From Macrostomum lignano (Eukaryota): a stretch of 64,000 bases of DNA. Position numbers and translations under genes: made by a program. The stretch lies in the NCBI GenBank assembly GCA_002269645.1, contig NIVC01001203.1:1-64000 (forward strand), given 5' to 3'. Shown here one piece after another: positions 1 through 11,758 of the stretch (positions are counted from its first letter, which is position 1; every line of letters begins with the position of its first letter). The notes beneath the pieces are model-generated. The model was given only the letters and a program-made list of their open reading frames with translations. It ran no database searches and was not told where the DNA came from.

Positions 1-852
1 GAAAAGAAAATATTCAAATTTAGCTTGATGATACCTTTCTCTTAAAAACAGCAAATAATATCAATAAGTTTGCTTTCAGAAAAAAAGTCTGGTTTGAATT
101 TTTCAATTCAAACTGTTCAGCAGTTCAGGCAGTCTCGACTGCCTATAGGTTACGACATCCGCCTTTGGTTCAGCCACGAACAAACAGCTCACCGCGTGCT
201 GTTCAACTCATTCGGCACCACAGAGAACTTGAGTAGATAACAGAGCTGCTGTTGCTGGGCAAAGATTACAGCCTGACAGCCGGTGTCGCACTGGTACAGG
301 CACTCGCGTATGCTACCGGCATTTAGATCAGTGCGTGCTGCTTCGGGACTCGGTGCTGAAGTAGACCTTGTTGAAGCTGCGAGTAAATCGGTTCGTGTCT
401 AAAATTTATATTGGTGAACCGGTTAAGGGACACTGTACATGTGTGATTCAATGTCGAAACGAAGCTCTAAAGGCCCTTTTACACCGCCTTTAAATGAGGC
501 CAATTTTCGAGTGATCACAAAATTTGAGTTGATGATTAAGCGTTCACACCGCCATCAACAGACTGATACTGAGGAGAATGACTGGGCTGAGGTTTAAAGG
601 AGGGTGATGCAAGTTTTCCAATTAGTTGCGCGAACAATACTGTACGGGAATATCTCCAGCTGAGCCTGAATCGTACATATATATTTTACTCTATTACATA
701 TATTACACTTTTTTATTGTTCTTTTTCCTGGTATTTCAATTGTTAGGCGCTGCCGAAGTCGTTAAGAACAGGATTTCTTGCACTTGTTTACCAGAGGTCC
801 CAGCGGCAACCAACGGGTGCGCTGTTTTTTAATGCTTGCTCATTTCGTTTGT

Positions 853-1273
853 CAGGGGTCGGCAATCTTTTTTACCTCAAGGGCCAGATAGAGAACCTAT
901 AGAGCATGACTGCGGATGAGAGAGAATAAAAAAGAAAAAAAGATAGGAGAAATGAGAGGCGAGGAAATGAAGGAGCAAAGAGGAGACGAGAGGAGAGAGG
1001 AGAGATGAATTAGGTTAGGAGAGTAGAAAAGAGGAGAGAGAGAGGGAGATGAGGAAGGAGAGAGGAGAGAGGAGAGAGAGAGAAGAGAGGAGAGAGGAGA
1101 GGAGAAGAAGAGAGGAGAGCTGGAGAAGAGAGAGAGAAGAGAGAAGAGCGCTGAGAAGAGACAAACATTCAAGGGCCGAATTACTATTGTGCAGTTTCGA
1201 AGGACCTTGAAGGCCGGATAAAGAGGCTTTGCAGGCCGCATGTGGCCTGCGGGCCAGAGTTTGCCGCCCCCTG
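853..1273 (+). mobile_element. Non-autonomous hAT-type (Charlie-like TIR) MITE with internal polypurine tract
   Basis: TIRs are CAGGGGTCGGCAA (853) and TTGCCGCCCCCTG (ends 1273), with 1 mismatch. The interior is GA-rich. Subterminal sequences are shared with copies near 15.3-15.9 kb, 19.0-19.4 kb and 25.4-26.0 kb. No matching 8-bp TSD is seen. Confidence 0.75.
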
Positions 1274-1307
1274 ACTCCCATGTGATGGAAAATAATAAAA
1301 TAGTTAA

Positions 1308-4300
1308 TGTTGTGTATGAACTTAAGTTCTATGGTTTATGGGTGAAGCCTTATTCATATTTTAAGTATAGCAGCCAGCTACTTCGCTGCGGAAAATATAC
1401 GCGCTGCATGCATCTACGATCTCTTCCTAACTTGGCATCTTGCATTCGTCTTCGTTACTACGAAAGTACAACATGGCGACGAGGAAAATTTAATTCGCCG
1501 CGGGACGATACTGCAGTCACCAAATCTTCATCCCGATGTCTTCCGGACTCGACTTCCGACTGGGGGAGATGCCGCTGTGCTACCCGATGTCGAACAGTAT
1601 TTCAAGCGCCTCGGTTTTTACATTAGCGCAACGGAAAAGAATGACCAGAGCAAAGCCGTTCTACTTGCTACTTGTGGAGATGCCGCATTTTCACTGATTG
1701 AGACACTTGTGCAGCCAGAAGACATTTTAAACGATACAAAGTGTACGTTCGATTTCATCAAAGAAGCGGTACTGAGCCACTTGAAACCCAAGCGCCTTCT
1801 TCACTACGACAGACATCTGCTACATACTATGGTCCAAATACAGGGTGAGTCGGTGACAAAGTTTTTGGAGAGACTGAAGACACAGGCCAACAAATGCGAA
1901 TTCGGCAACCTGCGAGAAGAGTTAATTCTTTCTCAGTATATTTTCGGACTGGCTGATAATTCTCTGAAGCAAAAATTACTAGTGAAGGAAAAGCTGGATC
2001 TAGAGACTGCGGTTAAGGATAGTCTCTTATCGGAGTCCGTATCTCAAGCTACTGATTCGAGCAAAACCGTCGCAGCAGTGCAGAAAACCACTCACAAGAA
2101 GACCGGCAGCAACCAAAAGTATCCAACGGTATCCAGGCCAATGCCAACAACGCCGAATCATTCTAAGTCTAGCTGCCATTCCTGTGGTAACCCGGGTCAT
2201 CTTAGAAATACCCGCAAGTTCCGTAATGCGACATGTCACAAGTGCGGAAAAACCGGGCACATTGCCAGAGCATGCAGGTCCAACATCGGTGGGAGCAAGA
2301 AAGTCACGTACGCGGAAGTTGAAGCAACCGACGCTGATCCACCTGATTCAGCTGTGTACTCGGTGATCAAGGCTACTCCATGCGACGAACTCTGGAAAAT
2401 AGTCTGCACGATCGGTGATTCCACAGTCCATATGTGCGTCGACTCTGGTAGTCAGGTAACAATTTTGCCAGTAACCATCGTAGAGCAAGCCGGATTGCAC
2501 ATGGTTGACGCGGACATTCGATCACTCAAAGTTTTCGGGGGAGCTTCAGTTTCCGTACGAGGCATGGCTAAGGACGTCACGATTGAGCTGAGAAACGGCA
2601 AAACGGCATGCGGAGACATATATGTCGGGGACCCATCCAGTCAAGCCATTTTAGGAATAAATTTTATTCGTGCCTTCAACCTATTGACGGTAGACGAATT
2701 TCTGTGCCATCCAGTGCAGTGTGATGAAAATTTAAGATTCCAGGCCAGCTTTCGCCTGAAGGACGGGGCCTCTACCGATGGAATGTGCTTTCCTGCCAGA
2801 TCCCTTCCGTTCTCAATTAAAACTTTGGTTGAACTGGAGCTGAAAAGACTGGAAAGTGCAGGTACCATCTACCCAGTTCACTCGCCTAAGGTATCGTGCC
2901 CTATTGTTCCTGTGTTGAAACCAGAAGGATCAAAGAGACCCATTAGACTGTATGGAGACTATTCAGTCACTCTCAACAGACTGATAGACCGAGATCGATA
3001 TCGACTGCCAACTTTGAAAGAAATCCTTCAAAAGATCCCAAATTCGAAAGTGTATTCAGTGCTTGACCTCGAAGACGCATTCTTGCAGATTCCCCTAACG
3101 CCAGAAAGTCAGATCTTACGTGTATTTCCACCCACGTAGGACATTTTGCCTTCCGCAAGTTACAATTTGGCATATCGGCAGCACCACTGATATTTCAGGA
3201 AGTTATGGATATCTTGCTCAAAGGAATACCAGGCACTGCTTCTTATCAGGACGACATCATTCTAGGCACTGAAACAATGGAGCAGCATCGACAGATCCTG
3301 GTGCAAGTCAAGGAAAAACTGAAAAAGCATGGATTCAAGATCAATGAGCGTAAGACTCAGGAGTGCAAGAAAGAAGTCACATTTCTGGGATTTCTCCTCC
3401 GAGATGGGAAACTTTTGCCTGATCCTGCAAGAGTGGAAGCTCTATCCAACTTGTCAGAGCCAAAAGACCGGGATCAATTGAGAAGTGCTATATGCACCTT
3501 AAGACACTACGGGATTTTTTGTCGGAACTTCTCTATGATCGCCAAGCCGCTCTATTACCTCCTAAAGAAAGGGGTTCAGTGGAAATGGACTGTCGTTCAC
3601 TCGAGTGCGTTCTCCCAACTGAAAGCTGCTGTAACGGAAGGTCGAATCGTTTCTTATGATATAAAATAGGCCGTTGTTTCTAACCTGCGACGCTTCTCAG
3701 AGTGGAGTCGGATTTGTGCTGTCCCACGACACGAACCAAAAAGAAGTTGTATGGCTGGGAAGCAGAGTTTTGACCAAGGCTGAGGCCAACTACGCCAACA
3801 TTGAGCGGGAGGCTCTTGCAATTATCGAGGGTGTAAAATATTTTCATCAATTTCTGGCAGGCCGTCATTTTACAATCATCTCTGATCACAGACCTTTGCA
3901 GTACATCTTCTCTACAACAAAAGTTCCTGACCGAGTTTCTGCGAGACTCCAGAGATGGGCATTGCTGCTCAGATCCTATGACTACACTGTCACTTACTCA
4001 AAAGGAGACACCATGCTCGCAGCAGTTACTCTGTCCAGAATTCCTTCAACAAACGCTTCTACTTCGTTTTCAAATTTTGATGTCAATCTTCTGGAGGTAA
4101 ACTCTCTCGTAGAATTTTCTTCTTCTGGGACAATTCTTCGGCGTGTCGCCAACACCAGAGACCCTGAAATTGATATTATCAAGAAGTTTGTTACTCAAGG
4201 TTGGCCAAGCTAAATTTCTAAACAGCTGCTTCCGTACACCAAATCCAAGGCGGAATACTCCATTCAAAACGGGATTCTGTTCAAAGGGATCCGAATCGTG

Positions 4301-5563
4301 CCTCCAAAGTCCATGCGCAGAGAAATTCTTCAAATTCTTCACGAGAATCATCCGGGCATTGTGCGCATGATCAGACTAGCTCGAGAGTACTTCTGGTGGC
4401 CTTACATTGACGCCCAGATCAATAGCTTCGTTCAAAGGTGTCCTTCCTGCCAACTAAATTCGAGAAAGCGAACAAATGCAAATCTGCATTCATGGGAAGA
4501 TGCAAAGTTCTTCTTCGAACGTGTTCATCTGGACATAGCATATTTCAAGGAAAACACTTCTTGGTTCTCATCGACTCCTTCTCTCGGTGGATTGATGTAC
4601 ATCAGCTGTCCAATCTCACAGCCAACTCTCTTATTCCAGCATGCAGACGAACATTTAAGTACATGGGACTTCCAACGTGCATTGTGACTGACAATGGAAC
4701 CAATTTTCGATCAAAAGAGTTCGCAGAATTTCTCAAGAAGAATCTAATTAACCATGTCCTAACACCACCTGGTCATCACCAGTCAAATGGGATTGTGGAG
4801 AGAGCTATCCAAGAGTTGAAAGTGACTCTGAAGCAGGACAGTAATGACATAGGTTCCGAATGTGAGAAGGTGTTGATATCATTCTGCCTTTCGAAGAACA
4901 CTACACCGAATTCCGAAGGAGCGATTCCTGCTGCACAACTGTTTATGCAACGCCCAAGAACGCGCCTCACTGCAACCTTTACAGAATGGGACAAACCGCT
5001 AACTACCCCAATTCCTGTCTACATCAACGTAGAAGGAAAGTCAGACAAGGTCCCAGAAGAAATCCAAGGACTTCATGGATCAAATACCTACTTGGACAGC
5101 AAAGGACGGGTTGTTCATGCATCTGATGCAAGCCAAGGACTACAGAGAACTCACAAGAGATTACCTCGCCTGGACCTGCCAATGTTGGCAGCAGCAAGGA
5201 GAAGGAAATGGAGACTACGACTCCTGCTGAAGTGGAGACAACCAGCGATCAAAGTCCCGAGTACCAAGTTTCTCGTCGAAGTCAGAGGCTCCGAAAAGCC
5301 CCTGATCGGCTGACCTATTCCTGATTTATTTGATCGTTAGACAAAATAGAAAACAGTCATTTATTTCTCTCCAGGTTAATTGCTAAAATATGGGGGTGTT
5401 GTGTATGAACTTAAGTTCTATGGTTTATGGGTGAAGCCTTATTCATATTTTAAGTATAGCAGCCAGCTACTTCGCTGCGGAAAATATACGCGCTGCATGC
5501 ATCTACAATCTCTTCCTAACTCGGCATCTTGCATTCGTCTTCGTTACTACGAAAAGTACAACA
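1308..5563 (+). mobile_element. Full-length Ty3/Gypsy LTR retrotransposon (Mag-like), 4256 bp, decayed
   Basis: The 5' LTR is 1308-1473 and the 3' LTR is 5397-5563 (TGTTG...CAACA; 2 substitutions and 1 indel). A 5-bp TSD GTTAA sits at 1303-1307 and 5564-5568. The PBS TGGCGACGAGGA at 1474-1485 is complementary to the typical eukaryotic tRNA-Ser(GCU) 3' end. A short G-rich PPT-like tract precedes the 3' LTR. Confidence 0.97.
1577..5313 (+). pseudogene. Gag-pol polyprotein (gag, tandem CCHC knuckles, protease, RT, RNase H, integrase), broken by frameshifts
   Basis: Motifs seen: CHSCGNPGH...CHKCGKTGHIARAC knuckles (first lacks its last Cys), VDSGSQ protease, LDLEDAFLQIPL and YQDD in RT, TCDAS and EREALAI in RNase H, LHENHPG...CPSCQ and IVTDNG...SNGIVER in integrase. 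Domain order is PR-RT-RH-IN. Frame changes occur near 3120, 3667, 4210 and 4545. Confidence 0.93.
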
Positions 5564-5728
5564 GTTAATAACCTGACTGGTGTGATGACCAATCAATTTT
5601 GAAGCGACAGTCAGACTAGACGTAGAGTTGTTGAAATAGTGACCATAATAGAGTTTTGTGTGTTGGGCAACTTGAGTGCTGTGTAAGAGGCAAGCGACGA
5701 ATGTACAGCGTTTTAGTTCATCAACTGG

Positions 5729-6806
5729 GGCCTGTGCTATAGAATACTCTTAACTCCTAAATCCTTAAGAGTGTCCTAACTCCTAACTCCTTGATGGCTT
5801 TTCTGTGCTATAGAATCATGAGTAAATTTTAAGAGCTAGGAGGCTCCTTTAAGGACGTAGGAGACTCCTTGGTTAATTTAGGAGACCTCATTAAGGTTTC
5901 TCGCGTGCTATAGAATAAGGAGCGGGGAGTAGGAGCTAAGAGCTAGGAGCTAGGAGTTGCCGTTTAAGAGTGAATTTTAGGAGTGCGTGTCCTATAGAAG
6001 GAGCGAATTTCATTTCTAGCTCCTAACTCCTAGATAAGAATTCAAGGGCCAAATTTTACTCTTAGGTTAGTAGGATTGTCTTTTTGTCATGTTTTCGGAT
6101 AGCGACCTAGGCTCGGACGATGAGGGAGCCAACGATCGGCGACCCAGGCAATTTAAGCAAAAAGACAAGCTTTTTCGAAGAATTTCGTACTGTGTCACGA
6201 CTTCCGCTCAATGAGAATTAACGACACTTTCAACAAACATAGGTTGCATCCTTAATCATCACAAATCTTAGATTTCGACATGTGCATGTTCTATTGTCTG
6301 TGCCAAAAACGGGCACGTTTTGCTGAATACAATAATTACCAATTTTATGGTCTCTAATAGCCCTCTCTTTATACGATACTTCTTATACGAGTGTTGTTTA
6401 TCAAATGAAAGCGATTACTTACAATGGCAGTTAAACCATTTTTATTGACTTAGTCTATCAACTAATTAAATGCGCAGGCTTGTAGCCTAAAATGGTTTTA
6501 TTGCTTTACGCGCTCGTAGTCGCTTTTCACGGGGTAATAAAACTTGTTTTAACTTGTTTTTTAATTCCTAGGATTACTGCTTAAGGTGCATACATTTAAG
6601 AGTTTCATATAGCACGCAGATTGGCAGACTCCTTAGCCAATCACCTTACACTCCTTAGAACTCCTCACTCCTATCCTTGGAACAAGTCCTAGCTCCTAAC
6701 TCTTGATTCTTGAACTCCATAGGACACAAAATCGATTCACTCCTTGCTAGGAGCACTCCTGATTCCTAACTTCTTACTCCTTGCTCTTAAATCTATAGCA
6801 CGGGCC
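5729..6806. mobile_element. Non-autonomous PIF/Harbinger-like element
   Basis: TIR GGCC(T/C)GTGCTATAGA at both ends. Subterminal GTGCTATAGA and CTCCTAACTCCT/AGGAGCTAGGAG motifs recur in mirrored orientation. A short acidic fragment MFSDSDLGSDDEG...RRPRQF near 6089 loosely resembles a Harbinger transposase N-terminus. No clear TSD. Confidence 0.6.
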
Positions 6807-7964
6807 AGCCCCAAGACACAGCGAGTGTGCGTGCCTGACGATTAGAAAGTAAGGGCCGCTGTACACCCTGTGTGAGCGTGTGTATGAGTGCGTGCCTGCA
6901 TATAGCATTAGAACTTGTATGTGTTCAGGAATCAACACAACTCACTTTCGTAGTTTAGAGCAAACACAGAATTTATCATGCTGTTGCCGCAGATCTGTGA
7001 AGAGTTTCCCGAGCAGTTCATAGAGCAGCTTGACTCGCTCAGCTGTCCATGAAGACCGTAGGACCAGCCGCAGGCACAGAACTTTGAGTACTGAAGACTT
7101 ATGTAGGGAAATCCGCCCAGAGCGCACACGTCGCTGCAAAGCTCGTGGGTCATATTGGAATAGCTGAAGATAAAACAGGGCCTATATGACTTGATTTCCA
7201 TACCAGAAATCTCTGCTACTTTGTCTAGAGCGCAGAGGTCTCTATCCGTATTGTCTCGAAAGCAGCCGATGTAGGACCTGCCGAGGAGGCTGCCTGAGCA
7301 CACCGAGAAAAGACAACAGATGAAGAAGCCGAGTATCATGATGGATTGTTCGAGTATCACGGCGAAGAATTTTCCTATTGCCCTAAAAACTGACAATTAT
7401 CTTCTTTTTGGGAAGAACCCAGGCGTATTTGATTGGCTAAACCTTTAATTAGCTGGGTGAGCAGTATCCCAGCAGCTTGTTTTGCAGTAGCAAGAAAGAG
7501 CATAGCTCGTACGAGTGCTATCAAGTGCTTTAATTGACACCTGGAATACTTCACAACATGAAAGTATTGTATGTATGTATTTGATAAAACTGATCGGGGT
7601 AGCTCTAATCCGTCCAACCCTCGCACACCGCTCCCCCCACTTCATTCCTCAACGAGATGCCCTGGAAATCGGAGGATTATGCCGTTAGCTGGAAGTTTCA
7701 TATCGACAAAAGACGGGATTTTTTATAACTGATCCCTAAACTGATCATTCACAATTTCAAATATTGAAGCCTAAAGATTCAAAAGTTGATCGATCTTGTG
7801 TAATTGTGCCCAGCACAGATAATGCTACTGGCAGACGATGGATTACTTCAGTCGTCCTTGACTTCGAGCTGATAAAATTTGGATTTTGCTTGTGTTATTA
7901 CTAAAGTTAAGAAGGTATCGCCAAGTACTTTAACTCGTCTCGGCTCTTAGGCTATCGATTCGCT

Positions 7965-9470
7965 TTAATATCGAAAGTAGAAGTCGCCATCCACAATGGG
8001 CACGAGGGCGAACTTCATCAGACTGCACAGCTGCAGGTTCTCGTTAAACAGAACAGATTGACAGTCGGGTTTGTACAGCATCAGGCAGCTTGCTGGGCTG
8101 CTCGCAGTGGCATTCCATTAGGCAGAGACAGAGCTCAGCACGGAGACGTACTCTCGGCTGGATCGCTTGAAGAAGTCCGAGACTGCAAGTAGTAGAAAAA
8201 AGTGAAAAAAAAACTCTTTTGAAAAAAGAGAACAGAAGCGAGATAGTCAATGGACATTGGAACAAATAAGTTGTCGAAAGGCACATTAGTCATTACTATT
8301 GCAACTCAATTAACCTAACCATCGAAAGCTAAATTATCGCTATTTAGCCAGTGTCATCTATCATCAAGTCTTTTTTGTTGTATCATATCTGGAGATAGCT
8401 AGTAGAAATTCAAGTTTATCAAATTTGCGCTCAATTCTTTCTGCACCGTATGCAGGCAGGGATACTGAAAAAATGCAGGGAATCCAATCTATACGAACCC
8501 ATTCCAAAGGTAGTATAATCGGTGAAACAATTGCTGAAACAAGGCGGAAATATACGAAAAAAAATCTTTCGGCCAAAACTGAGTGGAGGGGGAATTTGGC
8601 CCCTCTTGCCCCCTTCCGTGGATTCTGCCATTGACCGTACGTTAAAGCCTGAGCTAGCGAGACCCTAAAAAATATTTACTGGCTGCAGTGGGAGTTTACT
8701 TTGCTGGTTAGCAAATATTCAGCGGTTGACTACCGATGCTGCAGTTTACCTTGTCATGCGGACTTGGAGCCCTGCATGTGTGAAGCTCGTAAATTAATGA
8801 ATGCTGTGAGCGGAAATGCTGCAATGCGAATGCAACAAGCTTGCGTTTCTGACTTCGTCTATAATTTTTCATTTAATTTGTTTTAATGAACCGGCTTGCT
8901 GAAAACAGCAAAAAATGTGGTCCAATATTTGCCTTATGCAGGGAAGTCAGAGTAGAACGCATGGAGCTTGTCTTCCTATATTGGCACAATAATTACAGCA
9001 GCAGCAGCAGTAGTAATGAAGTCATTTTTGAGTCGCTTGTTATTACATTTTTGACACAGAAGTTTTGAGTTTTTATAGATACCGATTTTCAATGATTTAC
9101 CTGAAAAACCAGTCAACCACTGAGAGATAATGACGAAAAAATTAACTGTAGGCAAGCAATATTAATATGGGTAGCTAGATATAATGTTGTGTTCATAGTT
9201 AACACTATATTAGAACTAGGTGCCACCGAAAGTTTTAGATAGGAAATTAAGGGTGGTTGAAATACCGAACTGGCTCTCTTTCATATTTCAACTCGTAGAC
9301 AGAGTGGGTCAACGGACCGCCGCACTCTTGGGAAGAGTTCCCAGCACAGTAAAAGCCTCAACTGCCGTAGCTCCAGCCGCGGTAGCACTTACTGCCTATC
9401 TGAACACCTCTTAGGGTGAGCCTTATGGAAAGCCTGAAGTCTGGGCACAACGAAGATAGCAACAACCAAA
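7965..9470 (-). pseudogene. WSC + PAN/apple-like gene copy B, pseudogene
   Basis: Exon 2 (8182-7965) is highly similar to copy C exon 2 but has TAC>TAA, a Cys>Tyr change and a 12-nt deletion. The exon 1 remnant (~9470-9280) has its donor mutated (GAAA|GAGAGC), internal deletions and no 5' end. Intron and 3' flank align with those of copy C (8890-9220 with 14980-15295). Confidence 0.85.
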
Positions 9471-9585
9471 TGAAACTCTCTAATTCGGAAAAAGCATTTT
9501 TTTAATTTTGTTAAAAAAACCCAACTTTACTGAAAAAATCGTCGTAAAAGGATGTATGCACAGTTTACATCTTACAGTTTACATA

Positions 9586-9624
9586 AGCTGTAAACTGTAA
9601 ACTGTAAACTGTAAACTGTAAACT
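9586..9624. repeat. (CTGTAAA)n microsatellite
   Basis: About 5-6 tandem copies of CTGTAAA are visible. Confidence 0.85.
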
Positions 9625-10478
9625 TATACTATGCTATAATATTGCTGTTTGTCGATTATCTTATATGCTCCGGCTTGGGACCCGTTTGTGGATCCTTTTT
9701 GTGCCTCTCAAGCGTACAAAAAGCTTCTCAATAGTACAGGAACTAACTTGAAGCGAACCCTAAAAACAGAACATTCCTAGGAGTTCTAAAAAGGAGTAGC
9801 AGTAGCCATCGAAAGAGGTCACGAATGCAGCTTTCTACGCTTGCTGATCTTCTATCATTGAGCAAAAAAATAGAACAGAATAATTCCCGCTCAAAGTATT
9901 CCCAAAATTCTTGCAAAAGCTTTGCCTGGAATTCAAACGAAACTAACTTAGCTATAACTTTGCAGGCTTTTCTCTCCCTTTTCGACAATAGAATGGTGTT
10001 TTTTCAACTAAACTGCTTGCATGAAACTTAAAGTACAATAATATACTCGTACATAAAGGGCCCGTTCGGTAAAACTTTCGTAAGTTCCGTCGTTCGATCC
10101 AACTTACGCACGAGAGTTAAGAACCGTCTCAGAACGTTCTTAAGTGCGTTGGGTGAATTTTTCGCAGATAAATTCGTAACTTACGCAGTAGCTGCGATCA
10201 AACTTAAGAATTCATGCCTGACTTTTTCCTCCGCCAGTGGTATTTTTGGAACTGATTTTACCATAATTGGAACTTAAATTCGTAAAAAACACACGTTGCA
10301 CTCTTAAATTAAAGTAAGACAAAATCATGCTCATTTATCCATTACCATTACAAGCAATATGAGCCATGACCATTTTGTCACAGGTCGATTCCATTGTTGT
10401 ATTTAAAACATTAAAAACATTCAAACAAGGGTGCCTTATTCATTCGCATATACAAATAAGACCTAGCGAATTGCTTAA

Positions 10479-11297
10479 TTACGCTCCTAGTGTCCTTTGA
10501 CACATCATGTCATTAAAATTAAGCTGTTGACGGTTCTCATTACCTCGATTATTCTCTTCTATCGTCAGTCTTTCCTGCTCAACGCGTAAACGTTCCGTTG
10601 CGATCTTCAGCCTCTCTCTCTCTCGACGAACAATCTGTCGTTTTCAACTTCCAATCGAGCTTCCTCCACCCGAAGACGTTTTATTTCCAAGCTTTCTATC
10701 AGCCCAAGTTTGCTTTGCTCTGGCCGACGCTTCGTGTTCTTAGCAGCGGCGTTGGCAACAGACTCTTCACTTCTTCGTCGTCAGCTGTCTCGTACTCAGG
10801 CGATGCGCTCCTGCCAACTGCTCCGGCAGATTTATCAGCAGGCGCACTTGCGATATCAATGTACTTGGCCGCCGAGCTTGATGCTGCACTATTGGATTTA
10901 GGCAGCTGCAGTGTGTCAACACCACGTGGCACGCCTTTCACGACCTGTTTTCGGATGGACTGCGCCGCCTTCTTCTCTAAACTCGACAGCTGTGGGGCCT
11001 GTGATGGACCGCCTCCTGTCTTAGCTTGCTCCTTGCGAATTCTGGCTACTTTGTGCTTCAGTTGACTCTTGAAGTCGGACCACCGCTTTCGGCAGTTCTC
11101 TCCAGAACGTCCTTGTCCACCGACTGCATTCACGGTATCCGCAATGTGCTGCCATCCGCGTTTTTTGCGAAAAATCGCTTCGGCAGTGTTTGCGGGGCTC
11201 TCCCAGTAACCTCTCCGCTCGGTCGTTGCTTCTTGCAGCGTCTCGAGTTCCGCCGTAGACCAGTTCGCCGCGCGTTTTGTGCTGCGTTAGAATTCAT
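10479..11297 (-). pseudogene. Harbinger Myb/SANT-like DNA-binding protein with coiled-coil C-terminus (two frameshifts)
   Basis: ATG at 11297. With one A restored in the CAAAAC run it reads MNSNAAQKRAANWSTAELETL...GWQHIADTVNAVGG...NCRKRWSDFK...TGGGP, a Myb_DNA-bind_5-type pattern. A second frame change near 10700 gives ...ESLEIKRLRVEEARLEVENDRLFVERERLKIATERLRVEQERL...GA*, with the stop at 10479. Confidence 0.85.
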
Positions 11298-11364
11298 TGC
11301 ATTCCAAGTATCAGCTTCTCTTTATGCTGTTGTATGCTATCTTTATGATTGCCACTCTACTTAA

Positions 11365-11635
11365 ATATCGATTGGTCAAGGCTGCTTGAAACGCTTTGGC
11401 GGCAAGATCAATTATGTTATGGTTGGGGGGGGGGGTGCTCGGCCCAGCTTGAGTCTTTCCCCGCGGCGGCCACTGGTTGGCTGGGCTTGCGTTTTTGTGT
11501 TTTTCTTTTCTAGCCCCATTCAGTCGGATCTGCTCGGCGGGCGCGCTGATTGGCTGAGAGGTCATTTCTCATGTTTGGCGTTTCTCTCTCTCTCTCGCTG
11601 TCGGCCCCTCTACCCTGTTTATGTGGTATATAGTG
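11365..11635. promoter_or_regulatory. Putative bidirectional promoter of the Harbinger element
   Basis: ATTGG (reverse CCAAT) at 11371 and 11549, GC-rich boxes, and TATATA at 11627. The segment lies between the divergently oriented Myb gene and transposase remnant. Confidence 0.4.
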
Positions 11636-11713
11636 CTCATGCCTGGCCCAGCCAGCTCCCCGCGTTGCGCCCCTCGCCTAGCTCTTCAAACTAAACTAGC
11701 GATACTCAAACGA

Positions 11714-11758
11714 GCCGTATCGACGGTCTCTTTCTGCGAAGACTCAATTTACTGCGAG
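11714..11758 (+). other. Spliced-leader-like 45-mer inside the Harbinger element
   Basis: GCCGTATCGACGGTCTCTTTCTGCGAAGACTCAATTTACTGCGAG matches at 39/45 positions, ungapped, the Macrostomum-type SL as I recall it (GCCGTAAAGACGGTCTCTTACTGCGAAGACTCAATTTATTGCATG). The reference is from memory and needs verification. Confidence 0.75.

Larger units (their letters stand above)
170..7339 (-). pseudogene. WSC + PAN/apple-like secreted protein, copy A (exon 1 intact, exon 2 frameshifted)
   Basis: Exon 1 is 7339-6946 (394 nt): MILGFFICC signal-like N-terminus, WSC domain YIGCFRD...CSDVC...FCACG...CSGNSSQICG, phase-1 donor GAAA|GTGAGT. A candidate exon 2 at 398-170 follows acceptor TTTTAG and reads NTNRFTRSFNKVYF / ECLYQCDTGCQAVIFAQQQQLCYLLKFSVVP / GELFVRG* in three frames, homologous to exon 2 of copies C and D. 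It is 229 nt versus 230 nt in the intact copies. The intron contains the LTR element and two DNA-transposon-like elements. Confidence 0.75.

Noticed and set aside
897-1281. Ser/Leu-rich ORFs (also 15368-15859, 18975-19364, 25390-25954)
   Set aside because: They are translations of the CT/GA simple-sequence interior of the hAT MITEs and have no coding signal.
1240-1626. 128-aa ORF, and the similar 62-aa ORF at 5380-5568
   Set aside because: Both are read-throughs of the two LTRs, which explains their shared peptide.
8364-8640. Small ORFs and a GGCAGAATCCACGGAAGGGGG MITE-like end in the intron of copy B
   Set aside because: Only one terminus is visible and the peptide is unrecognisable. It is probably a TE fragment but cannot be delimited.
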